Positions 9,222 to 18,327 of a stretch of 64,000 nucleotides of DNA are shown here, piece by piece (the first letter of the stretch is position 1; each line of letters opens with the position of its first letter). The notes beneath the pieces are model-generated. The model ran no database searches, was not told the origin of the DNA, and was given only the letters and a program-made list of their open reading frames with translations. The DNA comes from Candidatus Eremiobacteria bacterium (GTDB taxonomy: Bacteria; Vulcanimicrobiota; Vulcanimicrobiia; Vulcanimicrobiales; Vulcanimicrobiaceae): the NCBI GenBank assembly GCA_963737065.1, contig CAVTRC010000001.1, forward strand, positions 2,144,001-2,208,000, read 5' to 3'. The position numbers and the translations under genes are program-made.

Positions 9222-12200
9222 ATGCTTCGTTTTCGTACAACGGCGGTTTTCGCTGCCGTTCTTGCCGCGTTGCCCACGTTTGCGCGCGCCGACGTCGGCA
9301 ACGCGTTTGCTCAGCTCGAATTCCGCAACATTGGTCCGACGACCGGACGCATCGATGCGGTCGCCGGCGTGCCGGGAAACTCTTCAACGCTCTTTGCGGG
9401 CGGTCTCGGCGGGCTCTGGCGCACGATCGACGGCGGAACGAGCTGGCAGCCGGTGTTCGATAAGAAGGCCGTAACGTCAATCGGCGCGATTGCCATTGCG
9501 CGCTCGAACCCGAAGATCATCTACATCGGTACGGGGGAACCGAACATGCGCAACGACGTCGCCTACGGTGACGGCGTGTGGCGCTCGAACGACGGCGGAT
9601 CGACATGGACGCATCTTGGACTCGATGCAACGGCGGCGATCGCCGACATTTCGATCGACGCGCACAATCCAAATGTCGTGTACGTGGCGGCCGTCGGCGA
9701 TCCATTCAAACCGTCACCGGATCGCGGGCTCTACAAGACCGTCGACGGTGGAAAAACGTGGGTGAAATCTCTTCATGTCGATGATACGACCGGTGCATCG
9801 TCGATTGCCGTTTCGCCCTCGAATCCGAAGCTCGTTTATGCGGGCATGTGGACGGTACAACGGCGGCCGTGGATGCTCACCAGCGGCGGGCCCAACGACG
9901 GTGTGTACCGTTCGAACGATGCGGGTGCTCATTGGAGGCGCGTGCAGGGCAACGGATTTCCGAGCGGATTAACCGGACGCATCGGATTGCGTTTTGCGCC
10001 GAGCGCTCCGAATATTCTCTATGCGTTGATGGAATCAAACGCCGGAACATTCTGGACGAGCAAAGACGCAGGAACGCATTGGACGCTCACGAGCACGAAG
10101 CACGAAATCATTCAACGGCCGTACTATTTCGGGCAGTTCACCATCGATCCGAAGAATGCGAAGCACATTTTCTTCATGACGATCGTCGAGATTCCGTCGG
10201 AATCATTTGACGGTGGAAAAACCGTAAAGTCCGTCCCGACCGCTGCGTACGATCACCATCAGATGTGGATCGATCCGGTGTACGGGAAGCGCGCGATCAT
10301 CGGCGCCGACGCCGGCGTGCGTCTCTCGCAAGACGGAGGAAAAACATGGCGAGATCCTCAGCTGATCGTCTCGCAACCGTATCACATCTCGGTTGACGAT
10401 CGCGTGCCGTACACCGTGTGCGGAGAGTTTCAGGATCCGGGCGCGGTCTGCGGACCCGAGTTGAGCTTCACCGGTTCCATTACGCCCGATCAATGGTTCT
10501 CCGCGCAAAGCGGCGAGAGCGGCTGGATCGTATTCTCGCCGGCGAACGATAACGTCATTTACGGCACCGGATATCAGGAAGCGGTGCTGCGTTTCGACCG
10601 TCAAGCGATGCAGGGCCGGTTGATCAGTCCATGGCCCGACACATATTCGGGTGCCGGTGCCCAAGCATACAAATATCGCGGCGCGTGGGTTGCCCCGGTT
10701 GCGGTTTCGCCGCTCGAACCCAACGCGCTCTACTTCGGTGCGCAGTATCTGATGAAGACCGAGGACGGCGGCGTGACGTGGAACGCGATCAGTCCGGATC
10801 TAACGCGCAACGACAAGAGCAAGCAGAAGCCGTCAGGCGAACCGATCACGCGCGACAACGCGGGAACGGAAGTCTACGATACGATCGCTTCGATCGCGGA
10901 GTCGCCAATTACCAAAGGCGAGCTGTGGGCCGGAACGGACGACGGACTCGTGTGGGTAACGCGCGACGGTGGCGCGCATTGGAATAACATTACGGCCGGC
11001 ATTCCAAATCTGCCGTATTGGGCGCGTATAAACAACGTCGATCCGTCGCCATTCGATGATGGCACGGCGTACATCGTCGCTGAAAATCACAAACTCGGCG
11101 ATCGTACGCCATATCTCTATGTGACGCGCGATTTTGGCGCGCACTGGCAATCGATCAGCGGAAATCTGCCGCGCGATAGCTACGCGCGCATGCTGCGGCA
11201 AGATCCGGTTCGCAAGGGCATGCTTTATGCGGGCACGGAAACCGGCCTCTGGTTGTCGTTCGACGATGGGGCGCATTGGCAGACATTCTTCAATAATTTG
11301 CCGCACGCACCGGTGTACGATGTGGTCGTGCAAAAGCGCTTCGACGATCTCGTTGTCGCGCTTCACGGACGCGGCGTGTGGATTCTCGACGACATCGCGC
11401 CGTTGCAGCAATGGAGCGGCACGGTTATGTCGTCACCCGCATACCTGTTTCCCGTGCGCGACGCATACCGGTTCAATGCATCGTGGGGAACGTGGGCGAC
11501 GGGCGAAGGCGGCGGCGACAATCCGCAAGCGTCCGGAGTAATCAATTTCTATCTCGAAAAAACGCCGCCGAAGAAAGCCAAGGTCACACTGCAAGTCTGG
11601 GACGGCACAAAGCTCGTACGCACGATCGCTGTGCCGCACCCGGTGCAAGGGATGAATCGCGCGTGGTGGGACCTTACCTATGATGAAATCAAGCTCATTC
11701 CGGATTACCACGCGTCGGGCTCGGGATTGGGCGGCCCGCAAGTCGTGCCCGGGACGTACACCGTGCGCTTATCCTTCGGCGCGACGACGGTAGAGCGGAC
11801 GATCAAGGTGCTGGCCGACCCGAAAACGCCGGGGACACTCGCCGATATGCAGGCAACGTTCGATCTCGCGATGCAGTTGCGCGACGATTTTCAGCGAGTG
11901 GGCAACGACATCGTCGCATTGCGTTCGCTCGACACGTCGCTGCAAAAAATTGCGCCGCGCATTGCTTCGCGGGCCGATGCGGCGCGCGCCGTCGCTGCGC
12001 TCCATAGCAGCGTGGATGCGACGCTCGATTCACTCTACATTCGGAACGCGCAAAATTCGGAAGACACGCTACGCGTTCCGTCGCGCCTCTACGAACGCCT
12101 CGGGAATGCGGCAGGCGGCCTGCTGGGCAACGATTATGCGCCGACTACCGGGCAACGTGGCGTTGCGACGCAGCTCGACGACAAGGCAAAGACGCAGTTC

Positions 12201-12296
12201 ACGGAGGACGACGTTCTGCTCGGCTCCCGGCTGAACGAAGTCAACGCGCTCTTGAAAGCGGCCGGCGTTCCGGCAATTACGGTAAAGCGAAGTTAG
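9222..12296 (+). CDS. secreted VPS10/sortilin-like BNR-repeat protein (putative glycosyl hydrolase)
   Basis: Signal peptide, FRNIGP..GRI start, many Asp boxes, PGTYTVRL C-terminal domain. Confidence 0.85.
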   Translation: MLRFRTTAVFAAVLAALPTFARADVGNAFAQLEFRNIGPTTGRIDAVAGVPGNSSTLFAGGLGGLWRTIDGGTSWQPVFDKKAVTSIGAIAIARSNPKIIYIGTGEPNMRNDVAYGDGVWRSNDGGSTWTHLGLDATAAIADISIDAHNPNVVYVAAVGDPFKPSPDRGLYKTVDGGKTWVKSLHVDDTTGASSIAVSPSNPKLVYAGMWTVQRRPWMLTSGGPNDGVYRSNDAGAHWRRVQGNGFPSGLTGRIGLRFAPSAPNILYALMESNAGTFWTSKDAGTHWTLTSTKHEIIQRPYYFGQFTIDPKNAKHIFFMTIVEIPSESFDGGKTVKSVPTAAYDHHQMWIDPVYGKRAIIGADAGVRLSQDGGKTWRDPQLIVSQPYHISVDDRVPYTVCGEFQDPGAVCGPELSFTGSITPDQWFSAQSGESGWIVFSPANDNVIYGTGYQEAVLRFDRQAMQGRLISPWPDTYSGAGAQAYKYRGAWVAPVAVSPLEPNALYFGAQYLMKTEDGGVTWNAISPDLTRNDKSKQKPSGEPITRDNAGTEVYDTIASIAESPITKGELWAGTDDGLVWVTRDGGAHWNNITAGIPNLPYWARINNVDPSPFDDGTAYIVAENHKLGDRTPYLYVTRDFGAHWQSISGNLPRDSYARMLRQDPVRKGMLYAGTETGLWLSFDDGAHWQTFFNNLPHAPVYDVVVQKRFDDLVVALHGRGVWILDDIAPLQQWSGTVMSSPAYLFPVRDAYRFNASWGTWATGEGGGDNPQASGVINFYLEKTPPKKAKVTLQVWDGTKLVRTIAVPHPVQGMNRAWWDLTYDEIKLIPDYHASGSGLGGPQVVPGTYTVRLSFGATTVERTIKVLADPKTPGTLADMQATFDLAMQLRDDFQRVGNDIVALRSLDTSLQKIAPRIASRADAARAVAALHSSVDATLDSLYIRNAQNSEDTLRVPSRLYERLGNAAGGLLGNDYAPTTGQRGVATQLDDKAKTQFTEDDVLLGSRLNEVNALLKAAGVPAITVKRS

Positions 12297-13576
12297 GTAT
12301 CTTTCGCGCTGTCAATGTCGGCGAGCGGAACCGCGTAGAGCGAACCGGTTCTGCTTCCGACGATGAGCGTCTTGCCGACGATGATCGGTGACCCGACGTT
12401 GAAGCCGCTGCGCATCTTTTTAACGCCGACGACTTTGCCCGTTTTTCCATCCAGCGACCACAGATAGCCCTTCAAGTCGCCGAAATAGATTCGCCCGTTT
12501 ATCGAGACGATACCGCCCTTCACCGGCGCGTGTACCTTTGTTTCCCACACCGTACGGCCGGTTTTTGCGTCCAGCGCGTGCATGTATGGCGACACGGCGC
12601 TTCCGAAATAGGCGATGCCGTTCATCATCATCGGTATCGCGCCTTCGTTGCGCCATGGAAGCGTGCCGCCTTCGAGCGCGACGTCCCACAGTTTTTTCCC
12701 GGTACGCACGTCGAGCGCATACGCGTGCTGGATCGCCGGTGTGTCAACCGATGTGTACGTTGCCGGCGGTTTCGGCATCACGTAGTTGCAGACCAGGACC
12801 GTTCCGTCCGTGACCGGCGGACAATCGCCGTGACCGGAGCCTTGGGATGGGAATGGCGTGCGCCAAATCGTGGCGCCGTCAGCAACGCGCACCGCTTGGA
12901 CGACATTGTCGAGGACGCCGATTGTGACGATTGCATTCGAACCGATCGGAAGCGCGCCGGTCATCGAGGCGATCGAATGCATGTTGCGCGCGTATAGAAC
13001 CTTGCCCGTGCGTGGATCCACCGCGGTAAGCCATCCGGCGCCGTTGTGTTCGATGAGGACGTTGTTGACGATTGCGCCCGTCGGCATGGCCGAACCCGCA
13101 ACGGCGAGGCGCCATTTCACCGCACCGGATTTTGCGTCGAGCGCAACGAGCGCGCTTGGACCTTGACCGACGTAGACCGTCCCGGGAGCCGAGCCTTGAC
13201 TCTGTTCGTCGCCTTCACCGACGATGACGAGCCCATCGTAAAGCAGCGGCTGACTCATCAAATCGTTCGAAAGATGTTTGGTCCAGATCACTTGACCGGT
13301 TCGGATATCGATTGCGTTCAAGTCACCGTGATTGTTGCCAATGTAGAGGACGGAACCCGAAACGGCGGGGCTCGAAGAGATTGGACCGCCGGTGACGCTG
13401 GTCCACGTCGTATTCAAATCGTCGTCGAGCACCACGTTGTGCGTGCCGTCGATGCGAAATTGCGTCCAATCCGTCGGTATTTGGGTCGCGCGAATCCGTC
13501 CCGCGGCCGCAACAATGCCGATGAGAACACACACGAGCGGAATGAGGCGAGTGAGGGTGCCTCGGACGCTGCTCAT
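12293..13576 (-). CDS. PQQ-binding-like beta-propeller protein
   Basis: Signal peptide, repeated A-L-D-x-x-T-G-K-x-x-W motifs. Confidence 0.85.
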   Translation of the reverse strand: MSSVRGTLTRLIPLVCVLIGIVAAAGRIRATQIPTDWTQFRIDGTHNVVLDDDLNTTWTSVTGGPISSSPAVSGSVLYIGNNHGDLNAIDIRTGQVIWTKHLSNDLMSQPLLYDGLVIVGEGDEQSQGSAPGTVYVGQGPSALVALDAKSGAVKWRLAVAGSAMPTGAIVNNVLIEHNGAGWLTAVDPRTGKVLYARNMHSIASMTGALPIGSNAIVTIGVLDNVVQAVRVADGATIWRTPFPSQGSGHGDCPPVTDGTVLVCNYVMPKPPATYTSVDTPAIQHAYALDVRTGKKLWDVALEGGTLPWRNEGAIPMMMNGIAYFGSAVSPYMHALDAKTGRTVWETKVHAPVKGGIVSINGRIYFGDLKGYLWSLDGKTGKVVGVKKMRSGFNVGSPIIVGKTLIVGSRTGSLYAVPLADIDSAKDT

Positions 13577-13662
13577 AACGTTACTGTTCCCCGCTTTGCT
13601 GAGAACTGATTTAGGCAGTGGTGAGAAATGAGTTGGAAGTGCTTATCGTATAAATACATACC

Positions 13663-15012
13663 ATGCGTCCTGGTTTTCTCGGTGCTTTCGCAGCGCTTGG
13701 CTGCATGCTTGCGTCGCTCCAACCCCTTGCCGCCGCGCCAATCAGTGTAACGAAGACCAAGGAGCTCGATTACCTCAGAACGCTGCACGAGCGTATCAAA
13801 CACGTCGTGATCATCATTCAAGAGAACCGCAGCGTCGACAATCTGTTCAACGGATTTCCGGGGGCCGACACCGTCCAAACCGGCCTAACCAAAAACGGCC
13901 GTGTTTCGTTGCGTGCCGTTGATCTGGATTATCCCGCAGACGTCGACCACCAACATCGAGCGTTCGTGCAGCAATACGACGGCGGTAAGATGGACGGCTG
14001 GGAAGAGACCTTCACAACACCGCGGCAAGATCCGGACTTCCCGTATGCGTTCGTTCCCGAGCGAGAGATCGAGCCCTATTGGAACATGGCGGAGCGCTAC
14101 ACGTTCGCCGATCGATTCTTTCAGTCGAATACGGGTCCAAGCTTTCCGGCGCATCTCTATCTCGTGTCGGGTACGGGCAATTTCGTTGCCGATAATCCCA
14201 ATCATCTGGAGACGACGCACTTCGCGTGGGGATGCGACTCGCCGATCAATGCGCGCGTTTCGATGATCGCGCCGGACGGAGATGAAGTGCCTGGACCGTG
14301 GCCGTGCTTTAACTATCCCACGCTCGCTGACGACGCGCTTGCCAACGGCGTGACGTGGCGGTATTATGCGCCGCCCATCGACAGTCTCGGAAACATTTGG
14401 TCGGCGTTCGATGCATTCCGGCACATTCGGTTTTCGCCGTTGTGGGGAAACGTCGTCTCACCGGAAACGCGCGTGCTGGAAGACGCGCGTATCGGCGATT
14501 TACCGCCCATCACGTGGGTCGTTCCATCGGCGCAAAACTCCGATCACGCCTTTCCGCATAAAGATACCGAACATGATGTCGGCGTCACGGGACAGTTTGG
14601 TCCGGAGTGGGTGGCTTCCGTCGTGAACGCAATCGGAGAGGGCCCGCTGTGGAATTCAACGGCGATCATCGTCGTGTGGGACGACTGGGGCGGCTGGTAC
14701 GATCACGTTGCGCCGCCGCAGCTCGATCGTATGGGACTCGGCATGCGCGTGCCGTTCATCATGATCGGGCCGTACGCGAAACGGCACTACGTTTCGCACG
14801 TCCAGCATGAGTTCGGCAGCATCGTGAAGTTCACCGAACAAGTCTTCCAACTTCCGTCGATGCACACGACCGACGAGCGTGCGGACGCGCTGCGCGACTG
14901 CATCGATTTCGCGCAACCCGCGGAGCCGTTCCGGCCGATTCCGACGTTTCGCAAGATCTCGTTTTTCGAAGATCCGAATGCGCCGGACACCGAGCCCGAC
15001 GACGATTACTAG
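13663..15012 (+). CDS. phosphoesterase / phospholipase C (alkaline phosphatase superfamily)
   Basis: IKHVVIIIQENRSVDNLF, WDDWGGWYDHV, GMRVPF motifs; signal peptide. Confidence 0.9.
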   Translation: MRPGFLGAFAALGCMLASLQPLAAAPISVTKTKELDYLRTLHERIKHVVIIIQENRSVDNLFNGFPGADTVQTGLTKNGRVSLRAVDLDYPADVDHQHRAFVQQYDGGKMDGWEETFTTPRQDPDFPYAFVPEREIEPYWNMAERYTFADRFFQSNTGPSFPAHLYLVSGTGNFVADNPNHLETTHFAWGCDSPINARVSMIAPDGDEVPGPWPCFNYPTLADDALANGVTWRYYAPPIDSLGNIWSAFDAFRHIRFSPLWGNVVSPETRVLEDARIGDLPPITWVVPSAQNSDHAFPHKDTEHDVGVTGQFGPEWVASVVNAIGEGPLWNSTAIIVVWDDWGGWYDHVAPPQLDRMGLGMRVPFIMIGPYAKRHYVSHVQHEFGSIVKFTEQVFQLPSMHTTDERADALRDCIDFAQPAEPFRPIPTFRKISFFEDPNAPDTEPDDDY

Positions 15013-15051
15013 CAGTCTCGTGTGATGTGAAAGGAAGCAGCTGCGCTTTAT

Positions 15052-15065
15052 CGAACATACGTTCG
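15052..15065. promoter_or_regulatory. LexA (SOS/Cheo) box
   Basis: CGAAC-ATAC-GTTCG, a perfect match to CGAAC-N4-GTTCG, intergenic. Confidence 0.65.
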
Positions 15066-15125
15066 TATATGAAGCCTTTCTAAACCACTAGAAGCTCGAG
15101 GCGCAGCCGTGATAAGATCATTGCT

Positions 15126-15232
15126 CGTCTCGGGCAACACCCGAGGCGTTTTCGTGGCGCGGAGTTGCCGCGTCACGTGGCTAGGGTCGTAGGGACACTG
15201 CTCAGCACCTTTACGACCGCCAACCACCTAGC
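15126..15232 (+). ncRNA. structured 5' leader of rpsR (candidate r-protein leader)
   Basis: Three consecutive stem-loops with G-U pairs on the + strand, after an extended -10-like TGaTAAGAT. Confidence 0.45.
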
Positions 15233-15251
15233 TCGACGAGGACACAATTCA

Positions 15252-15497
15252 ATGGCAACCAAAACGAAGCGCGCGGTCAAAGATCGCCGCCCGAAGCGCA
15301 AATCGTGCAATTTCTGCGCGGACAAAGCGATCGACATCAGCTACCGCGACGTCAACCGTTTGAAGAAATACGTTTCCGAGCGTGGCAAAATCGTGCCGCG
15401 CCGGATCTCGGGAAGCTGCGCAAAACATCAACGTTTGCTCACGACGGCGATCAAACGCGCACGCATTATCGCCTTCCTCCCCTACGTCTCGGAATAA
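15252..15497 (+). CDS. rpsR: 30S ribosomal protein S18 (zinc-binding form)
   Basis: RKSCNFC...[39 protein letters not shown]. Confidence 0.97.
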   Translation: MATKTKRAVKDRRPKRKSCNFCADKAIDISYRDVNRLKKYVSERGKIVPRRISGSCAKHQRLLTTAIKRARIIAFLPYVSE

Positions 15498-15662
15498 CGA
15501 GTCGTACTTTTCGCCCGGGTGTCGTTGCGCCGTTCCTCATGGACCGTAGTCCACTTCGTAACGGCGCGCCTAACCCGGACGAAAAGCCCGACTCGTTTTA
15601 GAATAAAAAGACGGTATAGAGATTGAATTTTTCGCCCGAGCAACGACGCACGGGCGGAAAAG
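15496..15662. ncRNA. long rod-like hairpin plus alternative-pairing inverted repeat between rpsR and rplI
   Basis: Five stacked helices 15496-15597; 15507-15528 is also complementary to 15640-15662. Confidence 0.55.
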
Positions 15663-15698
15663 GCAATCGGACATTGTAACAGCTGGAAAGTTAAATGC

Positions 15699-16145
15699 AT
15701 GAGAGTGATTCTTCTCGGTGATGTAAAGGCGTTGGGGAAGAAGGGTGACGTTGTAGACGTCGCCGAGGGCTACGCTCGCAACTTCTTATTGCCGCAGAGC
15801 CTTGCGTCCGAGGCGAATAAAGGCGCGCTCGCCGCGCACGCCGACCAAAAGCGAGCGAACGAAAAGAAAGAAGCGCAGCAGCTTGCGGACGCTAAAGAGC
15901 TGGCGAACAAGATCGAACAGTCGAAGCTTGCCGTAAAAGCGAGAGCGGGCGGCAATGGAAAGCTGTTCGGCGCGGTGACGAACGCGGACGTTGCGACCGC
16001 CATTCACGACGCGCTCTCCATTTCCGTCGACAAGCACAAGATCGAGATCAAGAGCCAGATCAAAGCGCTCGGTGCGTATCCCGTGGAAGTCAAACTGCAC
16101 AGAAACGTCGTAGCAAAGGCGACGATCAACGTCGTCGCCGCTTAG
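15699..16145 (+). CDS. rplI: 50S ribosomal protein L9
   Basis: MRVILLGDV..LGKKGDVVDVAEGYARNFLLP; GKLFGAVT. Confidence 0.97.
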   Translation: MRVILLGDVKALGKKGDVVDVAEGYARNFLLPQSLASEANKGALAAHADQKRANEKKEAQQLADAKELANKIEQSKLAVKARAGGNGKLFGAVTNADVATAIHDALSISVDKHKIEIKSQIKALGAYPVEVKLHRNVVAKATINVVAA

Positions 16146-16153
16146 CGAATCCC

Positions 16154-18139
16154 ATGGCCGGCACCGAATCAGCGTACGCGTCGCGTTTGCGGCGGAAATA
16201 CGGCGTTGAAGATGAGCTGAACCGCTACGTCTCAGCACTCTACGAGATGCTCGCGAACGTTATCGGTCAAGACAAACTTGTTTTACGTGCCGGTAAGGTG
16301 AGCGCATTGAAGATGATGCGCTCGCAGCACCTTCCGGACCGCCTGTGCGCGCTCGCGCGTCTGGTCTTCGAAGACCCGACGATTGAGCGCGCGACAACGC
16401 GCGCGCAACAGCGCAAGGCGATCACCGATATCGAAGAAACGCTCGCGGACCTGCTCGCGCAGAAAACCGTGGAAGACGCGATCGAGCGCAAGGTGTCCGA
16501 AAAGATGAACGTGCGGCACCACGAGTATCTCAAGGACCTCAAACTCGAGGCGCTCCGCGAAGATGCCGGACCCGAGACGCCGGGCACCGAAGCGAAGTTG
16601 CAGGAGCTCGAGGCGCTTTCGCAGCGAGGACTTGCTGCTTCAGCGCTCCAGCAGTTGCGTCCGCAACGCTTGAGCGAAATCGTCGGCCAAGAAAGCGCGA
16701 TCAAAGCGCTGCTCGCAAAAATCAGCTCGCCGTATCCACAGCACGTGATTCTCTACGGTCCGCCGGGCGTCGGTAAGACGACGGCTGCGCGACTCGTACT
16801 CGAGCTAGCGAAGTCGCGTCAATATACGCCGTTTGCAAAAGACGCGCCGTTTGTCGAGACGAGCGGCACGACGCTGCGTTGGGATCCGCGCGAAACGACG
16901 AATCCATTGCTTGGCTCGGTGCACGATCCGATCTATCAGGGCAGCCGTCGCGAATTCGCCGAGGCGGGTATCCCGGAGCCGAAACTCGGGCTCGTCACGC
17001 GCGCGCACGGCGGCGTCTTGTTCATCGACGAAATTGGCGAACTCGATCCGCTGCTGCAGACGCGCCTTTTGAAAGTCCTCGAGGATAAAAAGGTAACGTT
17101 CGAGTCATCGTACTTCGACGACAATGCGCCCAACGTACCGGCGTACGTACGACGCCTGTTCAAAGAAGGCGCGCCGGCGGACTTCATCTTGATCGGCGCG
17201 ACGACGCGCGATCCGTCGGAGATCGATGCGGCGATCCGCTCGCGTTGCGCGGAGATGTATTTTCAGCCGCTGACGCAGCATCAAATCGTCTCAATCGTTC
17301 AAGGCGCAATGAAACGTCTCAACGCGAAGGTCGCGCGCGGCGTTCCGCAGATGATTGCGTCGTATACGATCGAAGGACGTAAGGCAGTCCAAATCGTTGC
17401 CGACGCATACGGTCAGGCGCTCTACCGATCGGATCCGAAGAGAAGCGGCGGCAACGGCATTACCGTTGGCGTTACCATTAACGAGGATGACGTGCGCGCG
17501 GTCGTGCAGACGAGCCGCCTCGTGCAGCACACGCTCGTAAAGGGACGGGCGACGCGCGAAATCGGCAAAACATTCGGCCTCGGCGTTCACAATTATCTTG
17601 GAAGCATCATCGAGATCGAAGCGATGGCCTTCAGCGCGTCGCAAAGCGGAAAGGGGACGATCCGGTTCAACGATACCGCCGGCTCGATGGCGAAAGATTC
17701 GGTGTTCAATGCGGCTAGCGTGCTTCGTGCGCAGGCCGGGATCGACGTCAGCGATTACGATGTGCACATTAACGTGGTGGGCGGTGGGAACATCGACGGT
17801 CCGTCAGCCGGCCTTGCGATCTTCCTGGCGCTCTACTCGGCAATTACGAAGACGCCGCTGCCGCAAGATGTCGCAATCACCGGCGAACTTTCGATTCAAG
17901 GAAAAATTCGCGCGGTCGGCGGCGTAATTGAAAAATTGTACGCTGCCCGCCAAAGCGGCATGCGCGCGATGATCTTACCAAAGGAAAACGCGCGCGAGGT
18001 AGATGCATCGCTTGCCGGCGTCGATATTGTTCCAGTGACGTCGGTCGAACAAGCGCTCAAGTTTCTGCAGATTCGCAAGAAATCCACAAAGAACTCACAA
18101 GGCCGTTCACAGTCAACGCGTCGTAAGTCGCGATCATAA
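16154..18139 (+). CDS. lonC: Lon-family ATP-dependent protease LonC
   Basis: Walker A GPPGVGKT, Walker B LFIDEIGE, S16 motif DGPSAG...K. The position between rplI and dnaB is as in Firmicutes. Confidence 0.88.
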   Translation: MAGTESAYASRLRRKYGVEDELNRYVSALYEMLANVIGQDKLVLRAGKVSALKMMRSQHLPDRLCALARLVFEDPTIERATTRAQQRKAITDIEETLADLLAQKTVEDAIERKVSEKMNVRHHEYLKDLKLEALREDAGPETPGTEAKLQELEALSQRGLAASALQQLRPQRLSEIVGQESAIKALLAKISSPYPQHVILYGPPGVGKTTAARLVLELAKSRQYTPFAKDAPFVETSGTTLRWDPRETTNPLLGSVHDPIYQGSRREFAEAGIPEPKLGLVTRAHGGVLFIDEIGELDPLLQTRLLKVLEDKKVTFESSYFDDNAPNVPAYVRRLFKEGAPADFILIGATTRDPSEIDAAIRSRCAEMYFQPLTQHQIVSIVQGAMKRLNAKVARGVPQMIASYTIEGRKAVQIVADAYGQALYRSDPKRSGGNGITVGVTINEDDVRAVVQTSRLVQHTLVKGRATREIGKTFGLGVHNYLGSIIEIEAMAFSASQSGKGTIRFNDTAGSMAKDSVFNAASVLRAQAGIDVSDYDVHINVVGGGNIDGPSAGLAIFLALYSAITKTPLPQDVAITGELSIQGKIRAVGGVIEKLYAARQSGMRAMILPKENAREVDASLAGVDIVPVTSVEQALKFLQIRKKSTKNSQGRSQSTRRKSRS

Positions 18140-18323
18140 GGAGCCTCTGACAAATTGACGTGTCGACTGCGACATGACGCCCTTCGGGTTATGGGGAAAC
18201 AACTGCATCTGCCGCTTCAGCGGCGCGGTCGCATCTCACAGAGAGGATGCTCGCGCGCGGCCTCATCGCATCTTCAATTGTGGCACCATAACAGTCGGCA
18301 CGTCGATTGTTCAGAGGCTCCTT
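18138..18323 (+). ncRNA. 186-nt highly structured intergenic RNA (6S-like size, or a dnaB leader)
   Basis: 13-bp perfect plus 17-bp (two G-U) closing stem pairs both ends; internal helices also present. Confidence 0.55.
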
Positions 18324-18327
18324 CACG

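Noticed and set aside
15496..15597. SRP (4.5S) RNA
   Set aside because: Size and rod shape fit, but the conserved helix-8 CAGG...GNRA...AGCAG motif is missing on both strands
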